Below, in pieces: positions 1 to 9,124 of a stretch of DNA of 64,000 bases. This DNA comes from an uncultured Clostridium sp. (GTDB taxonomy: Bacteria; Bacillota; Clostridia; TANB77; CAG-508): NCBI GenBank assembly GCA_947573555.1, contig CANPFO010000002.1, forward strand, positions 1,276 through 65,275, given 5' to 3'. The stretch's first letter is position 1. Each line of letters starts with the position of its first letter. A program made the position numbers and the translations under genes. The notes under the pieces were generated by a model. The model had not been told where the DNA came from. It saw only the letters and a program-made list of their open reading frames with translations, and ran no database searches.

Positions 1-2
1 AA

Positions 3-161
3 GGAATGACACAATATACACTAGCAAAAATGAGTAGACTTTCAGTAGGATATATATGTCATTTAGAAAGAGGAACAAGAGGAAATCCAAGTTACAGGAC
101 AATGTATAAAATATCATTTGCATTAAAAAGAAAAGTAAAAGAAGTGTTTAATGTAGGTTAA
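3..161 (+). CDS. XRE-type helix-turn-helix regulator, C-terminal fragment (cut by window edge)
   Basis: Frame 3 is open from the window start to TAA 159-161. Translation GMTQYTLAKMSRLSVGYICHLERGTRGNPSYRTMYKISFALKRK has the HTH_3 pattern. Confidence 0.5.
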   Translation, partial: GMTQYTLAKMSRLSVGYICHLERGTRGNPSYRTMYKISFALKRKVKEVFNVG

Positions 162-279
162 AATAATATAGGACATTCAAACGACATTGGCAATATTTTA
201 AAGATGAAATTATTAGCAATATAATTTGATATAGAAAATGCTAAAATTGTTTAAATTTAATTCTGGAAAGGAGCAATAA

Positions 280-627
280 ATGAAAATAGATAATGTAATT
301 AAATTTACAAAACAATTTAATAAAGAGTTTAAAACTAAAATTAAGATTTCTAATAAAGACATTCGTTTACTTTTGAATATGTTTCAGGAATATATAGAAC
401 TAACATTTAAAGTAAGTCCTGTCTATAATGAAATTTTAGATAAAATAGTACAACTAGAAGAAAAACTAAAAAATACTTTGACAGATGAACAGCAAGATTT
501 ATTTGATGAATGGGATATTTACAAAGAAGAATTAAATCAATATACATCAGAGCGTTCCTTTATATATGGTTTTTGTTGTAATAAACAATTTAATATTGAA
601 AAGGGAGCATATAAAAAAATTAAATAA
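280..627 (+). CDS. hypothetical protein (115 aa)
   Basis: ORF with GGAAAGGAG RBS about 8 nt upstream of ATG 280. No recognisable motif. Confidence 0.5.
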   Translation: MKIDNVIKFTKQFNKEFKTKIKISNKDIRLLLNMFQEYIELTFKVSPVYNEILDKIVQLEEKLKNTLTDEQQDLFDEWDIYKEELNQYTSERSFIYGFCCNKQFNIEKGAYKKIK

Positions 628-665
628 CTAAAAAAGAGAAATAATTGATATTACTATAAAATCAG

Positions 666-929
666 CTATTTCTCTTTTCTTCTTTTCAACCAGTCTTTAG
701 CTTCAGCATTCTTAAATCTTTCATCGGCAAAGAATTCGGATAAATTTGTACCTAAGCCCTCACAGATATAAAGCAAGTTTTCAAGTCTTATAGTTTTAGT
801 TTGCCTAGTTAAAAACATAGTAATAGTAGAACTATAAACACCAGTTAAATCTTGCAATTTATAAGTTGTTAGATTTTGTTGTTCCATTAGTTCTTTAATT
901 TTTAGAGCTATTACATCTGAAAATTCCAT
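666..929 (-). CDS. XRE-family HTH transcriptional regulator
   Basis: 87-aa ORF, ...QNLTTYKLQDLTGVYSSTITMFLTRQTKTIRLENLLYICEGLG..., a typical HTH_3 core. GGTGGGGG RBS. Divergent from the next + strand gene. Confidence 0.8.
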   Translation of the reverse strand: MEFSDVIALKIKELMEQQNLTTYKLQDLTGVYSSTITMFLTRQTKTIRLENLLYICEGLGTNLSEFFADERFKNAEAKDWLKRRKEK

Positions 930-987
930 CTATCCCCCACCTTCACTACATTTGATTTAATTTTAGCAGAAATTTATTTCAAAACCG

Positions 988-1049
988 CTCAATAAATTGA
1001 GAGAAGTTTTGGAAAAACCATTCAATTTATTGAGTGGATATGTTATAAT
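988..1049. promoter_or_regulatory. operator pair plus -10 box in a divergent regulatory region
   Basis: CTCAATAAATTGAG (988-1001) and its inverted version TTCAATTTATTGAG (1021-1034). The second overlaps a -35-like TTCAAT placed 17 nt before TATAAT (1044-1049). Confidence 0.45.
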
Positions 1050-1074
1050 CAGAATGGAAGGAGTTATTTATATT

Positions 1075-1392
1075 ATGGAAGGCATTTTGAAGGAATATAC
1101 AACAGAAGATATAAAAAAGAGAAAAATACAATTAGAAAAAGAAGTACAGAAATCAAAAGTAATAAAAGAAACATTAGAAAAATATTTTAAGTTTGAAATA
1201 TCAAATTATATAATAGATGACATTGTGCATAATGAAACTTATAGACATCTTTGTTTAATAATAAGTTTGGCAACAGTAAATGAAAGATTATCAAGTAAAA
1301 ATGCTAAAAAATTAAAGGAAGGAATCAAAGAAATATTTAGTATTGAAGATGATTTGGATATGGTAAAGTCAGAATTATTACTTAATGAATAG
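1075..1392 (+). CDS. hypothetical protein
   Basis: The ORF-track ORF 997..1392 starts with TTG inside the operator region. ATG 1075 lies downstream of the predicted -10 and follows GGAAGGAG. Start is uncertain (1054 or 1075). Confidence 0.45.
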   Translation: MEGILKEYTTEDIKKRKIQLEKEVQKSKVIKETLEKYFKFEISNYIIDDIVHNETYRHLCLIISLATVNERLSSKNAKKLKEGIKEIFSIEDDLDMVKSELLLNE

Positions 1393-1468
1393 ACTTCAAA
1401 ATATTTCAAGTAAAATTTTGTTGAAATTTGTAGTATAATGTAATATAATTATATGGGGAGGAAATAAG

Positions 1469-3229
1469 ATGATTTGTAAAAAATGTAAAAGTGAACTAAA
1501 AGAAGGAGAAAAGTTTTGTAGTAAATGTGGAAAGAAAGTAAAAAATAAAGGACAAATAAAAAAGAAAAAAAAGTTATTATATATACTAATACCTGCTGTT
1601 TTAATAATTATAATGGTTGTAGGAATAATAGTATTTATAAGCAATAAAAGTAAAAATGATAAGGAGAATATAGGAGATATTAATAAATTACAAGAAAATG
1701 AGGTAATCAGGCTAGAACCCAATGCTACAAAAGGAGCAACATATTCTTTTACATTAGATGATTTAAAGAAATCCATGGATAAAGTATGTGATGAGAATAA
1801 TATGGAAAAATATCCTGATTTTTATGATACAGGTTTAAATGAGGATGAAAATATTTATCAAACATTTAAAGATGAAAGTAATGGAAGTACAGGATTTACA
1901 GTAACTACATATAAAGGATATGTTTCAGAAATTTTGTTTAATTATTCAAAAGCATCAGAACAGAATGCCATAAGTAAAGATGATGTATTATTTTATGTTT
2001 TAAAGGATATTTTTGATGAAGAATATTCAAGCAAAATAACAGATACTTTAAAGAATTTAATTGATGGAAATTATGAATTTTATAAAAATACAATGTGTTA
2101 CAAAGAAACATTTTTTAAAACTGATACAATTCAATATATTATATCAGCGGTATCAAATGAAACTTATGAAAATATGAAAGAAACAGACCCTAATATGTTT
2201 AAAGATACAGAAAATGACACAACAACAGATACAACTATTAATAATATTGATAGAAGTAAGTTTTTAAGTAATCTAACAACAGAAGATAAAGAATATTTTA
2301 GAAAATATGTAAAAGAGGCTTATGATTTAGAAAATGATACAAACTTCATTGAAGATAGATTTGAAATTGTTGGAAATGAAATTATATATATATCTATAAA
2401 ATTAACTTATGGTGGAGCAAATATTACCTCTGAATTGACAGATAGTTATTATATAATTACACCTATGTTATCAATTCCAGAAAATTGGAAAGAATTAGAT
2501 TATGCACAATTAAGAAATTATTTAGTAATTAGTAGATTAGGAATGAATGTTAATAAAGTAAGTTTATATGGAAATGGAATTAATGATGAACAAATTCAAA
2601 GTGCCAAAAATGAACTAAATCCTAAAATAGAAAATCAATTAAACAAATATAAAAAAGCAGCAGAGTTAACTCCTTCAAAAGAAGGATTAGAGGAGATAGC
2701 AAATAGTTATTTAACCTATATATGTAGAAATGATTCTAGTATACAACAATTTATAAATAATGGATTTGATAATAATTATATTCAAATTCCAGAACATTTA
2801 AAATGTACAGAATCTACATCTGCAACATCAGATTATGCAAATCATTATTGTACAATATTAGATAATAATAAAGTTCTATACATAAAGTACTTGTCTAAAT
2901 CTACTTCTTCAACAAATTATAAAGAAAGTAGTTACACTGAATATTTAGCTATTGGTATTTTAATCAATATCGACACTAAAAATATACCAATAGGAATGAC
3001 AGGAAAAATAGCATATGGTGGAGTTGTTTCAGAACTACATAGTGATTTTTTAGGTGATTTTGTTGATGTAGAGGAGATTCCATATTTAATTGCATTAAAT
3101 TGTATTCCAAAAATTTCTGCTTCAAATTATGTTATAACACCTATAACAAAGATATTATCAGGAGAAAATTATAAAGAACAACTTGCAGATACATTAGTAA
3201 ATTATATTCGTTCAGATTTTGGAGTATAA
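1469..3229 (+). CDS. zinc-ribbon, single-pass membrane protein (586 aa)
   Basis: N-terminus MICKKCKSELKEGEKFCSKCGKK (CxxC-N10-CxxC), a basic stretch, then the hydrophobic helix LLYILIPAVLIIIMVVGIIVFI. GGGGAGG RBS. Confidence 0.7.
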   Translation: MICKKCKSELKEGEKFCSKCGKKVKNKGQIKKKKKLLYILIPAVLIIIMVVGIIVFISNKSKNDKENIGDINKLQENEVIRLEPNATKGATYSFTLDDLKKSMDKVCDENNMEKYPDFYDTGLNEDENIYQTFKDESNGSTGFTVTTYKGYVSEILFNYSKASEQNAISKDDVLFYVLKDIFDEEYSSKITDTLKNLIDGNYEFYKNTMCYKETFFKTDTIQYIISAVSNETYENMKETDPNMFKDTENDTTTDTTINNIDRSKFLSNLTTEDKEYFRKYVKEAYDLENDTNFIEDRFEIVGNEIIYISIKLTYGGANITSELTDSYYIITPMLSIPENWKELDYAQLRNYLVISRLGMNVNKVSLYGNGINDEQIQSAKNELNPKIENQLNKYKKAAELTPSKEGLEEIANSYLTYICRNDSSIQQFINNGFDNNYIQIPEHLKCTESTSATSDYANHYCTILDNNKVLYIKYLSKSTSSTNYKESSYTEYLAIGILINIDTKNIPIGMTGKIAYGGVVSELHSDFLGDFVDVEEIPYLIALNCIPKISASNYVITPITKILSGENYKEQLADTLVNYIRSDFGV

Positions 3230-3309
3230 AAGAACCAAGTAATAATTAAAAACGCCTAGAAATCAATTCTCGTTGCAAAGCTAATTAAATAAATTGATAA
3301 AATAGTAAT

Positions 3310-3337
3310 AAACCTCAGTATTGGGGTTTATTTTTTA
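3310..3337 (+). terminator. rho-independent terminator
   Basis: AAACCTC / GGGGTTT stem followed by a T-run, downstream of 1469..3229. Confidence 0.5.
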
Positions 3338-3386
3338 TGGCTTTGACTTATTTAAGGTCTTGGTGTATAGCTATTAATAGCCATTA

Positions 3387-4932
3387 GTGGAAGAAGGTGT
3401 AATAATGGATAGAGTAACAAATGTAGAAATCAAAGATGAATATATTGAAGAAAAACAAACAACTAAACAGATATTGAAAAGTTTAGATTCCTGTTTAGGA
3501 GTTACAACTAGAACGAAACAGGTAATACAGATGTATGCAGATTATATTAAGTTATATAAGAAGAATAAAATCAAAATAGGAAACTTAAATATGATTTTAT
3601 ACTGTAACAATAACAACTATAATAATGTAGTAAGTATAATAAATAATCTTCTATATAAAGAAGGAATAACAACACTTCCAAACTATCAATTATTAGCAGA
3701 AACATATATTAGTAGTAGAAATAGCAAAGTTAGAAACAATGAACTATATGTAATAGATAATGACAATTTAAGAGATTATAGAATAAATAAATTATTGAGA
3801 GATTATCCAAAGGCAGTATTTATAGTTATATGCAATGATAATAATAGAAAAATGATAGATAATATAAGAAGTTATTTCACTTGGGAGATACAAGTTGATG
3901 AGCCTACTGAACAAGAAAAGGTTAAATATATAAAAAATACTATAAAGGAACATGGACTAGAATGTAAAGTAACATCATCAGAATTAGAAGCAATAACTGG
4001 ATATGATATAGAAACAATAGATAGTTGCCTTATAGGTGCAATATTAAGAGCCAATAAAAAGAAAATTGATTACATTAGTAAAGAAGAATTACATATAATG
4101 AAAAATCCACATCATAAAGAAGGTATGCAGAAATTAAATAAATTAGTTGGACTAAATGAAGTAAAACAACAGGTACAACAAATTATAAATTATATCCAAG
4201 TACATAAACAAAGAGGAACAATGCCTAATCTACACATGATGTTTAAAGGAAATCCTCGGAACAGGTAAAACAGAAGTTGCAAGAATAATTGGAGAGATAT
4301 TTTCAGATTATGGAATACTAGAAGGAAACTTTACAGAAGTATCAAGAGCAGATTTAGTAGCAGGGTATGTAGGACAGACAGCAATAAAAACTCAAAAGGT
4401 TATAGACCAAGCAATGGGTGGAGTATTATTCATAGATGAGGCTTATTCTATTAATAGTGAGGATAATTACAGTAGAGAGTGCATATCCACCTTAATTAAA
4501 ACTATGGAAGATCACCGAGATAATTTATGTGTTATTCTTGCAGGTTATCCTCAAGAGATGGAAGAATTGTTGAAAAGTAACTCTGGATTTGAGAGTAGAA
4601 TTGCATTTAAAATTGACTTCCCTTCTTATAAAGAAGCGGAACTATATCAGATATTTACAAATATGTTAAAAGATGAAGGATTTAAACTAAACAGAAATTG
4701 TAAGGCAATAGTAGAAGATTACTTTAGAAATGAAATAAATAATAATAAGGATAATTTCAGTAATGGTAGGTTAGTAAGAAATTTAACAGAGAAAATAAAG
4801 ATGGAACAGGCAAACAGAATTATAAAAGAGAAATCAAACAACCTAGATTTAATAATAGCAGATGATATAACAGCAGTAGTAGAAAAGATTAAAACTAAAC
4901 CATGCAAAACTACAATAGGATTTATAGTATAA
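3387..4932 (+). pseudogene. SpoVK/CbbX-type AAA+ ATPase interrupted by a +1 frameshift inside Walker A (or recoded)
   Basis: Frame 0 ends ...MFKGNPRNR* at 4268. The +1 frame from GGA 4258 reads GTGKTEVARIIGE...VGQTAIKT...GGVLFIDEAYSI...ILAGY...SRIAFKIDFPSY to 4932. Joined, this gives the canonical GNPGTGKT P-loop. Confidence 0.8.
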
Positions 4933-4948
4933 AGAAAAGAGGTAGTAA

Positions 4949-5365
4949 ATGAAACAAGAAATTAAAATATTAGATTTTAATAATACAGATTTACTAGAAA
5001 CTTTTTTTGACTGGACTGCAATGTTAAGTATAAGAAGAACAGGTTTAAAAGTAAATATTTGGAGTAAATGGGATTTTACCAAAATATCAAAAGAAAAACC
5101 TAATATAATAATTGGCAGAGCTGAATATTGGAATAGATATATTGTAGTAGTAACAATTTCTCCTAATCCTAAAATCATAGCAAAAACTCCTAATATAATA
5201 GATGAACAGAAGCAAGAATTAGAAGAAGGAATAAAGTATGTAGCAAGAAATTATGACTTATTCTTAAAACATTATAATAATGATGGAAATAATGGAGCAG
5301 GATTTGATGATGAAGATTTGATAAATGCACTAAAAGAAAAAGGAGAATATAAAAGGTATAAGTAA
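4949..5365 (+). CDS. hypothetical protein (138 aa)
   Basis: ORF with AGAGG RBS, tightly packed after the AAA+ gene. Confidence 0.5.
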   Translation: MKQEIKILDFNNTDLLETFFDWTAMLSIRRTGLKVNIWSKWDFTKISKEKPNIIIGRAEYWNRYIVVVTISPNPKIIAKTPNIIDEQKQELEEGIKYVARNYDLFLKHYNNDGNNGAGFDDEDLINALKEKGEYKRYK

Positions 5366-5401
5366 TTTGAATTTATAATTTAGATAAAGGAGCAAAAGAA
5401 A

Positions 5402-5788
5402 ATGAGTAATTTAGAGGATATACAAGATTTATTGGATAGGGCAAACAAATTTAGACAGAAATTACAACCTAGTCCTAAAATAAATAAGGAAGAATATTTT
5501 ACAAATACTTTTCAAATAAACGATATAGATGGTGGCAGAGGAATAGAAATAGTAACATCAGGAAATATACAAGAAAAATATTATATTACTAGAAATGAAG
5601 CAATAACTGGTTGTACTAAAACATTAACATATACGAAATTAAACAGATTTCATAAAGAGATAGAAACAAATATACAATTTAATATACCATCAGGAATAAA
5701 GAACGGACAAGATATTGTGTTAGAAGGAAAAGGCAACTATATGAAGGATAGATATAGCGATTTAATAATTAAGATAATAATAAGGTAG
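5402..5788 (+). CDS. small protein with DnaJ C-terminal-domain-like segment
   Basis: AAAGGAG RBS. ...IQFNIPSGIKNGQDIVLEGKGN...YSDLIIKIII resembles the DnaJ CTD pattern (IP.G...G....L.G.G....GDL.V.V). The similarity is judged by eye only. Confidence 0.4.
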   Translation: MSNLEDIQDLLDRANKFRQKLQPSPKINKEEYFTNTFQINDIDGGRGIEIVTSGNIQEKYYITRNEAITGCTKTLTYTKLNRFHKEIETNIQFNIPSGIKNGQDIVLEGKGNYMKDRYSDLIIKIIIR

Positions 5789-5817
5789 TAGATACAGGAG
5801 ATGTACCTACTATTTTT
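5786..5817 (+). terminator. rho-independent terminator (copy 1 of a duplicated hairpin)
   Basis: TAGTAGATAC-AGGAGAT-GTACCTACTA then TTTTT. Confidence 0.6.
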
Positions 5818-5892
5818 GATTTTTAAGTTAGTAAATTTTTTAAATAAAATATTAATGAAGGAATAATAAAGAATTAGAAAGAGGGAGATTAA

Positions 5893-6363
5893 ATGAAAAG
5901 ACTTGTAAAATTAGGACTTGTTTTTGAAAATGGAGATGTTATAGAGATTCCAAGAGAAAATATAGTATATTATAATGTCTGTAATATTCAAACAATTTTG
6001 AACTTCTCTAGTGGACTTACAATAGCAGATAGAGAAGATATATCAGAATATGAAGTTGCAGAAGAATTTGAAATAGCACTATTAAAGGAATGGTTAGATA
6101 ATAACAGAATAGATTATACAGATTTTGAACAAGAGGCAGATTTAGAAAATGCAATATGCAATGGAGAAGAATTTAAGCAAACAGTAGAAAATCTCACTTA
6201 TACACAGAGAATAAAGAAATATAAAGACTTTATTGGAATTACACAAATTTTTAATGATGATACAGAAAGAAGTATAGAAATTGATTACTATAAAGAATCA
6301 ACACAAGATGTAGAAGATAACGGAGTTATAATTACTATTAAAGAAACTGTATGTAAAAAATAA
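5893..6363 (+). CDS. hypothetical acidic protein (156 aa)
   Basis: ORF with AGAGGGAG RBS. Confidence 0.5.
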   Translation: MKRLVKLGLVFENGDVIEIPRENIVYYNVCNIQTILNFSSGLTIADREDISEYEVAEEFEIALLKEWLDNNRIDYTDFEQEADLENAICNGEEFKQTVENLTYTQRIKKYKDFIGITQIFNDDTERSIEIDYYKESTQDVEDNGVIITIKETVCKK

Positions 6364-6371
6364 AATAAAAA

Positions 6372-6403
6372 TAGTAGATACATGAGATGTACCTACTATT
6401 TTT
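6372..6403 (+). terminator. rho-independent terminator (copy 2 of a duplicated hairpin)
   Basis: TAGTAGATAC-ATGAGAT-GTACCTACTA then TTTTT. It differs from 5786-5817 by one base. Confidence 0.6.
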
Positions 6404-6472
6404 ACTTATTGTGAAGTAGTTTCTTATAATACATAATTATAGCTTTAAACCTATTTATAAGTCATGCAATTA

Positions 6473-6578
6473 GTACCAAAAGTAACGATTTAAAAAAATG
6501 TACCAAAAGCTATTGAATAGCTTGGGAGAGCTGTGTTAAGCTAACTGTACCAAAAGAAACGAAGGTTAGATTTGGTAC
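6473..6578. promoter_or_regulatory. cluster of GTACCAAAAG repeats upstream of the serine recombinase (res-like or operator)
   Basis: GTACCAAAAG at 6473, 6500 and 6547 (direct) plus the inverted TTTGGTAC at 6571-6578. The last pair forms GTACCAAA-N16-TTTGGTAC. Confidence 0.45.
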
Positions 6579-6605
6579 TAATAAAGAGGTAGGAGGAATT
6601 AAATT

Positions 6606-7313
6606 ATGGAATATGGAGTTGGAAGAATTAGTACAAGAAAGCAAAACATAGAAAGACAAGTTAGAAATATATTAGCAAAATATCCTAATGCACGAATAAT
6701 TAGAGAAACTTATACTGGAACTAAATTAGAAGGAAGAAAAGAATTTGAAAATCTACTAAAGATAATAAAAAAAGGAGATACACTAATATTTGATAGTGTT
6801 TCAAGAATGAGTAGAAATTCAGAAGAAGGCTGTAATCTGTATGAGGATTTATTCAATAAAGGCATAAATCTAATATTTCTCAAAGAGGGATATATTAATA
6901 CAGAGGTATATAGAAAAGCCCTAGATAATCAAATTAATATTGTATTAAACACAGGAAATAAGGCAACAGATGAATTAATGCAAACTATTATATCTGCATT
7001 AAATAAATATACATTAGCATTAGCAAAGGAACAGATTAAAAAAGCATTCGACCAAGCAGAAAAAGAAGTAAAAGATTTACATACTAGAACAAGTGAAGGA
7101 ATATTGACTGCAAGATTAGATGGTAAACAAATAGGTTTGACTAAAGGAACTAAATTAACAACTAAAAAAGAAAAAGAAGCTAAACCTCTAATAATTAAAT
7201 ATTCTAAAGATTTTGATGGTACTTTAGCAGATAAAGAAGTTATAAAGTTAGTAGGTATATCAAGAAACAGTTATTACTTATATAAGAGGGAATTAAAAGA
7301 GATAGTGGCATAA
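6606..7313 (+). CDS. small serine recombinase (resolvase/invertase family)
   Basis: N-terminus YGVGRISTRKQNIERQ (catalytic Ser context), ...DTLIFDSVSRMSRN..., and a C-terminal HTH-like tail GISRNSYYLYKREL. AGGAGG RBS. Confidence 0.85.
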   Translation: MEYGVGRISTRKQNIERQVRNILAKYPNARIIRETYTGTKLEGRKEFENLLKIIKKGDTLIFDSVSRMSRNSEEGCNLYEDLFNKGINLIFLKEGYINTEVYRKALDNQINIVLNTGNKATDELMQTIISALNKYTLALAKEQIKKAFDQAEKEVKDLHTRTSEGILTARLDGKQIGLTKGTKLTTKKEKEAKPLIIKYSKDFDGTLADKEVIKLVGISRNSYYLYKRELKEIVA

Positions 7314-7391
7314 TAAAAAATGCTTGACATACTTGCAAACTTACAATATAAAAAATATCTTGTAATTATTAAGTTATTAATAATTACAAAA

Positions 7392-7438
7392 TCCACTTTT
7401 TCACTAAATTAAATTTATATAAAAAGTGAAAAAGTGGA
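7392..7438. terminator. hairpin TCCACTTTTTCACT / AGTGAAAAAGTGGA
   Basis: Perfect 14-bp inverted repeat with a 19-nt AT loop, flanked by A/T runs, downstream of the recombinase gene. Confidence 0.45.
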
Positions 7439-7579
7439 AAAATTTTTAATAACTTATTTTTTTATTATATGCTTTATTGTAAGTGTAATGTACTATATGT
7501 TAAATTTAGAGGTTTCAAAATATAACAAAAAAAGTATATTAAAAGTATGTATATAAAATATTATTTATAGATAAAAAAT

Positions 7580-7619
7580 TCACTTTTCCACTTTTTAATT
7601 ATTTTTAGTGGAAAAGTGA
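7580..7619 (-). terminator. hairpin TCACTTTTCCACT / AGTGGAAAAGTGA
   Basis: Perfect 13-bp inverted repeat directly after the stop (7622) of the minus-strand 500-aa gene, followed by a T-run on the minus strand. Confidence 0.55.
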
Positions 7620-7621
7620 TT

Positions 7622-9124
7622 TTATTTTGATTTTTTTAAATTAGTATGTTCAGCTTCTAACCATTCTAATAATTTCCTTTGTTTTTCTTCTAATTTGATT
7701 TTTTCTAAATTTAGTTCATCTATTTTAGTTTTAACTTTTTCATCAAACTTAACTTTTTCTTGTGTTTTATTCTTTAAATCTCGTTTCCTTAACATCATTT
7801 TTATTTCGTTTTTCTTTTTAGATATTCTTGAATTAAGAGAGTTACTTTTTCTAGCATTAAAACCTGCATATTTAGAACAAGTCAAATTTTCTTTTTTATT
7901 ATAAATCCTTCTACAATGTTGTTCAGTTATTTTTCCTTGTGTAATAAAATACTTCCCACATAAATTACATGTAGTTAAATTATTTCCATCTTCTTTTATA
8001 TAATATCTACTAATATAGAATAAGTCATTAAAAGAAGAAAGTTCATATTTGTAGACTTTTGTTGAAAGCATATTTGTATTAGTAATAGTATCAGGTACAT
8101 TAATATAATTTTCTAAAATATAAATAATATCTTCTAATAAAGTGTCTACAAAAATTTTAGACATTTCTTGTAGTGAAAATCTTTCAAATCTTTTTTCCAT
8201 ATCTGATACTTTTCTATCTTCAATGTTAGAGATATATTTATATATATTTTTGTAGTAAGTATTATATGGATATTTTTCCATATTATTTTTTAATTTAACT
8301 AAAAATTGAAGTAAGTTTTTAGGATTACTTGCATACCTAAAATCATCATAAAAAATTTTAAAAATTTGATAAACTAATACTTTTAATGGTTCATTTACTT
8401 TTAATTTTATTTTTTCTTCTAACTTTTTAATAAGTTCTAAAAGTAAATAATTATAATTTTGTTGCATAGTATCTTCATCTTTATTTAAGATTTCAGCTGT
8501 AATCCATATTAGATTTGAATAACTATAATAATGGTAGTTTTTATTTTTTAAATCAAAAATCCTTTTTACAAATTTAAAAATATGTGAAATTTCTTCATTA
8601 GGATTTTTCTCCTGTGAAATTTCTTGTATTATTTGTTTGCAAGATTTTAGTTCTTCTTCATCTGTACTTGATATTAACTGGTGGATTTCAAGTAAAGCTT
8701 GACTTACATTATAATCTAACTTTGACTGCTCTAAATTAAAATCTTTTATAATACTTTCTATATTAGTATATAATTCTTGCATTTTCTTAATATCAAATTC
8801 TTTAATTAAATTTGAGTATACATTTAATATAGAATATATTTTGTCAATTTTATTCATAAAGTTGGTTAGAGTTATTCCTATTCTAGCTGTATTATCTCCT
8901 TTAATTATTTCTTCATTATAATCATCAACTACTTCATATTCAATTTCTATATTATTTTTTGAAACTAAATCAGCTGGCATAGAATTTATTAAAAGCATTC
9001 TTTCAACTCCATGTCTTTTTTTATCTATTTCAAATTGTATAAATAATTTTTCATTTCCTGTGAATAAATATTTTTCATCTTCTTTATCTCCTGTAAAAAC
9101 ATTTCCACCTAAACATTTTTTCAT
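7622..9124 (-). CDS. hypothetical 500-aa protein with C-terminal Cys4 zinc-ribbon-like motif and basic coiled-coil tail
   Basis: GGAGA RBS. ...CNLCGKYFITQGKITEQHCRRIYNKKENLTCSKYAG... followed by a K/E-rich tail. It may belong to the DUF6076-type family seen on Firmicute mobile elements (recollection, unverified). Confidence 0.6.
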   Translation of the reverse strand: MKKCLGGNVFTGDKEDEKYLFTGNEKLFIQFEIDKKRHGVERMLLINSMPADLVSKNNIEIEYEVVDDYNEEIIKGDNTARIGITLTNFMNKIDKIYSILNVYSNLIKEFDIKKMQELYTNIESIIKDFNLEQSKLDYNVSQALLEIHQLISSTDEEELKSCKQIIQEISQEKNPNEEISHIFKFVKRIFDLKNKNYHYYSYSNLIWITAEILNKDEDTMQQNYNYLLLELIKKLEEKIKLKVNEPLKVLVYQIFKIFYDDFRYASNPKNLLQFLVKLKNNMEKYPYNTYYKNIYKYISNIEDRKVSDMEKRFERFSLQEMSKIFVDTLLEDIIYILENYINVPDTITNTNMLSTKVYKYELSSFNDLFYISRYYIKEDGNNLTTCNLCGKYFITQGKITEQHCRRIYNKKENLTCSKYAGFNARKSNSLNSRISKKKNEIKMMLRKRDLKNKTQEKVKFDEKVKTKIDELNLEKIKLEEKQRKLLEWLEAEHTNLKKSK

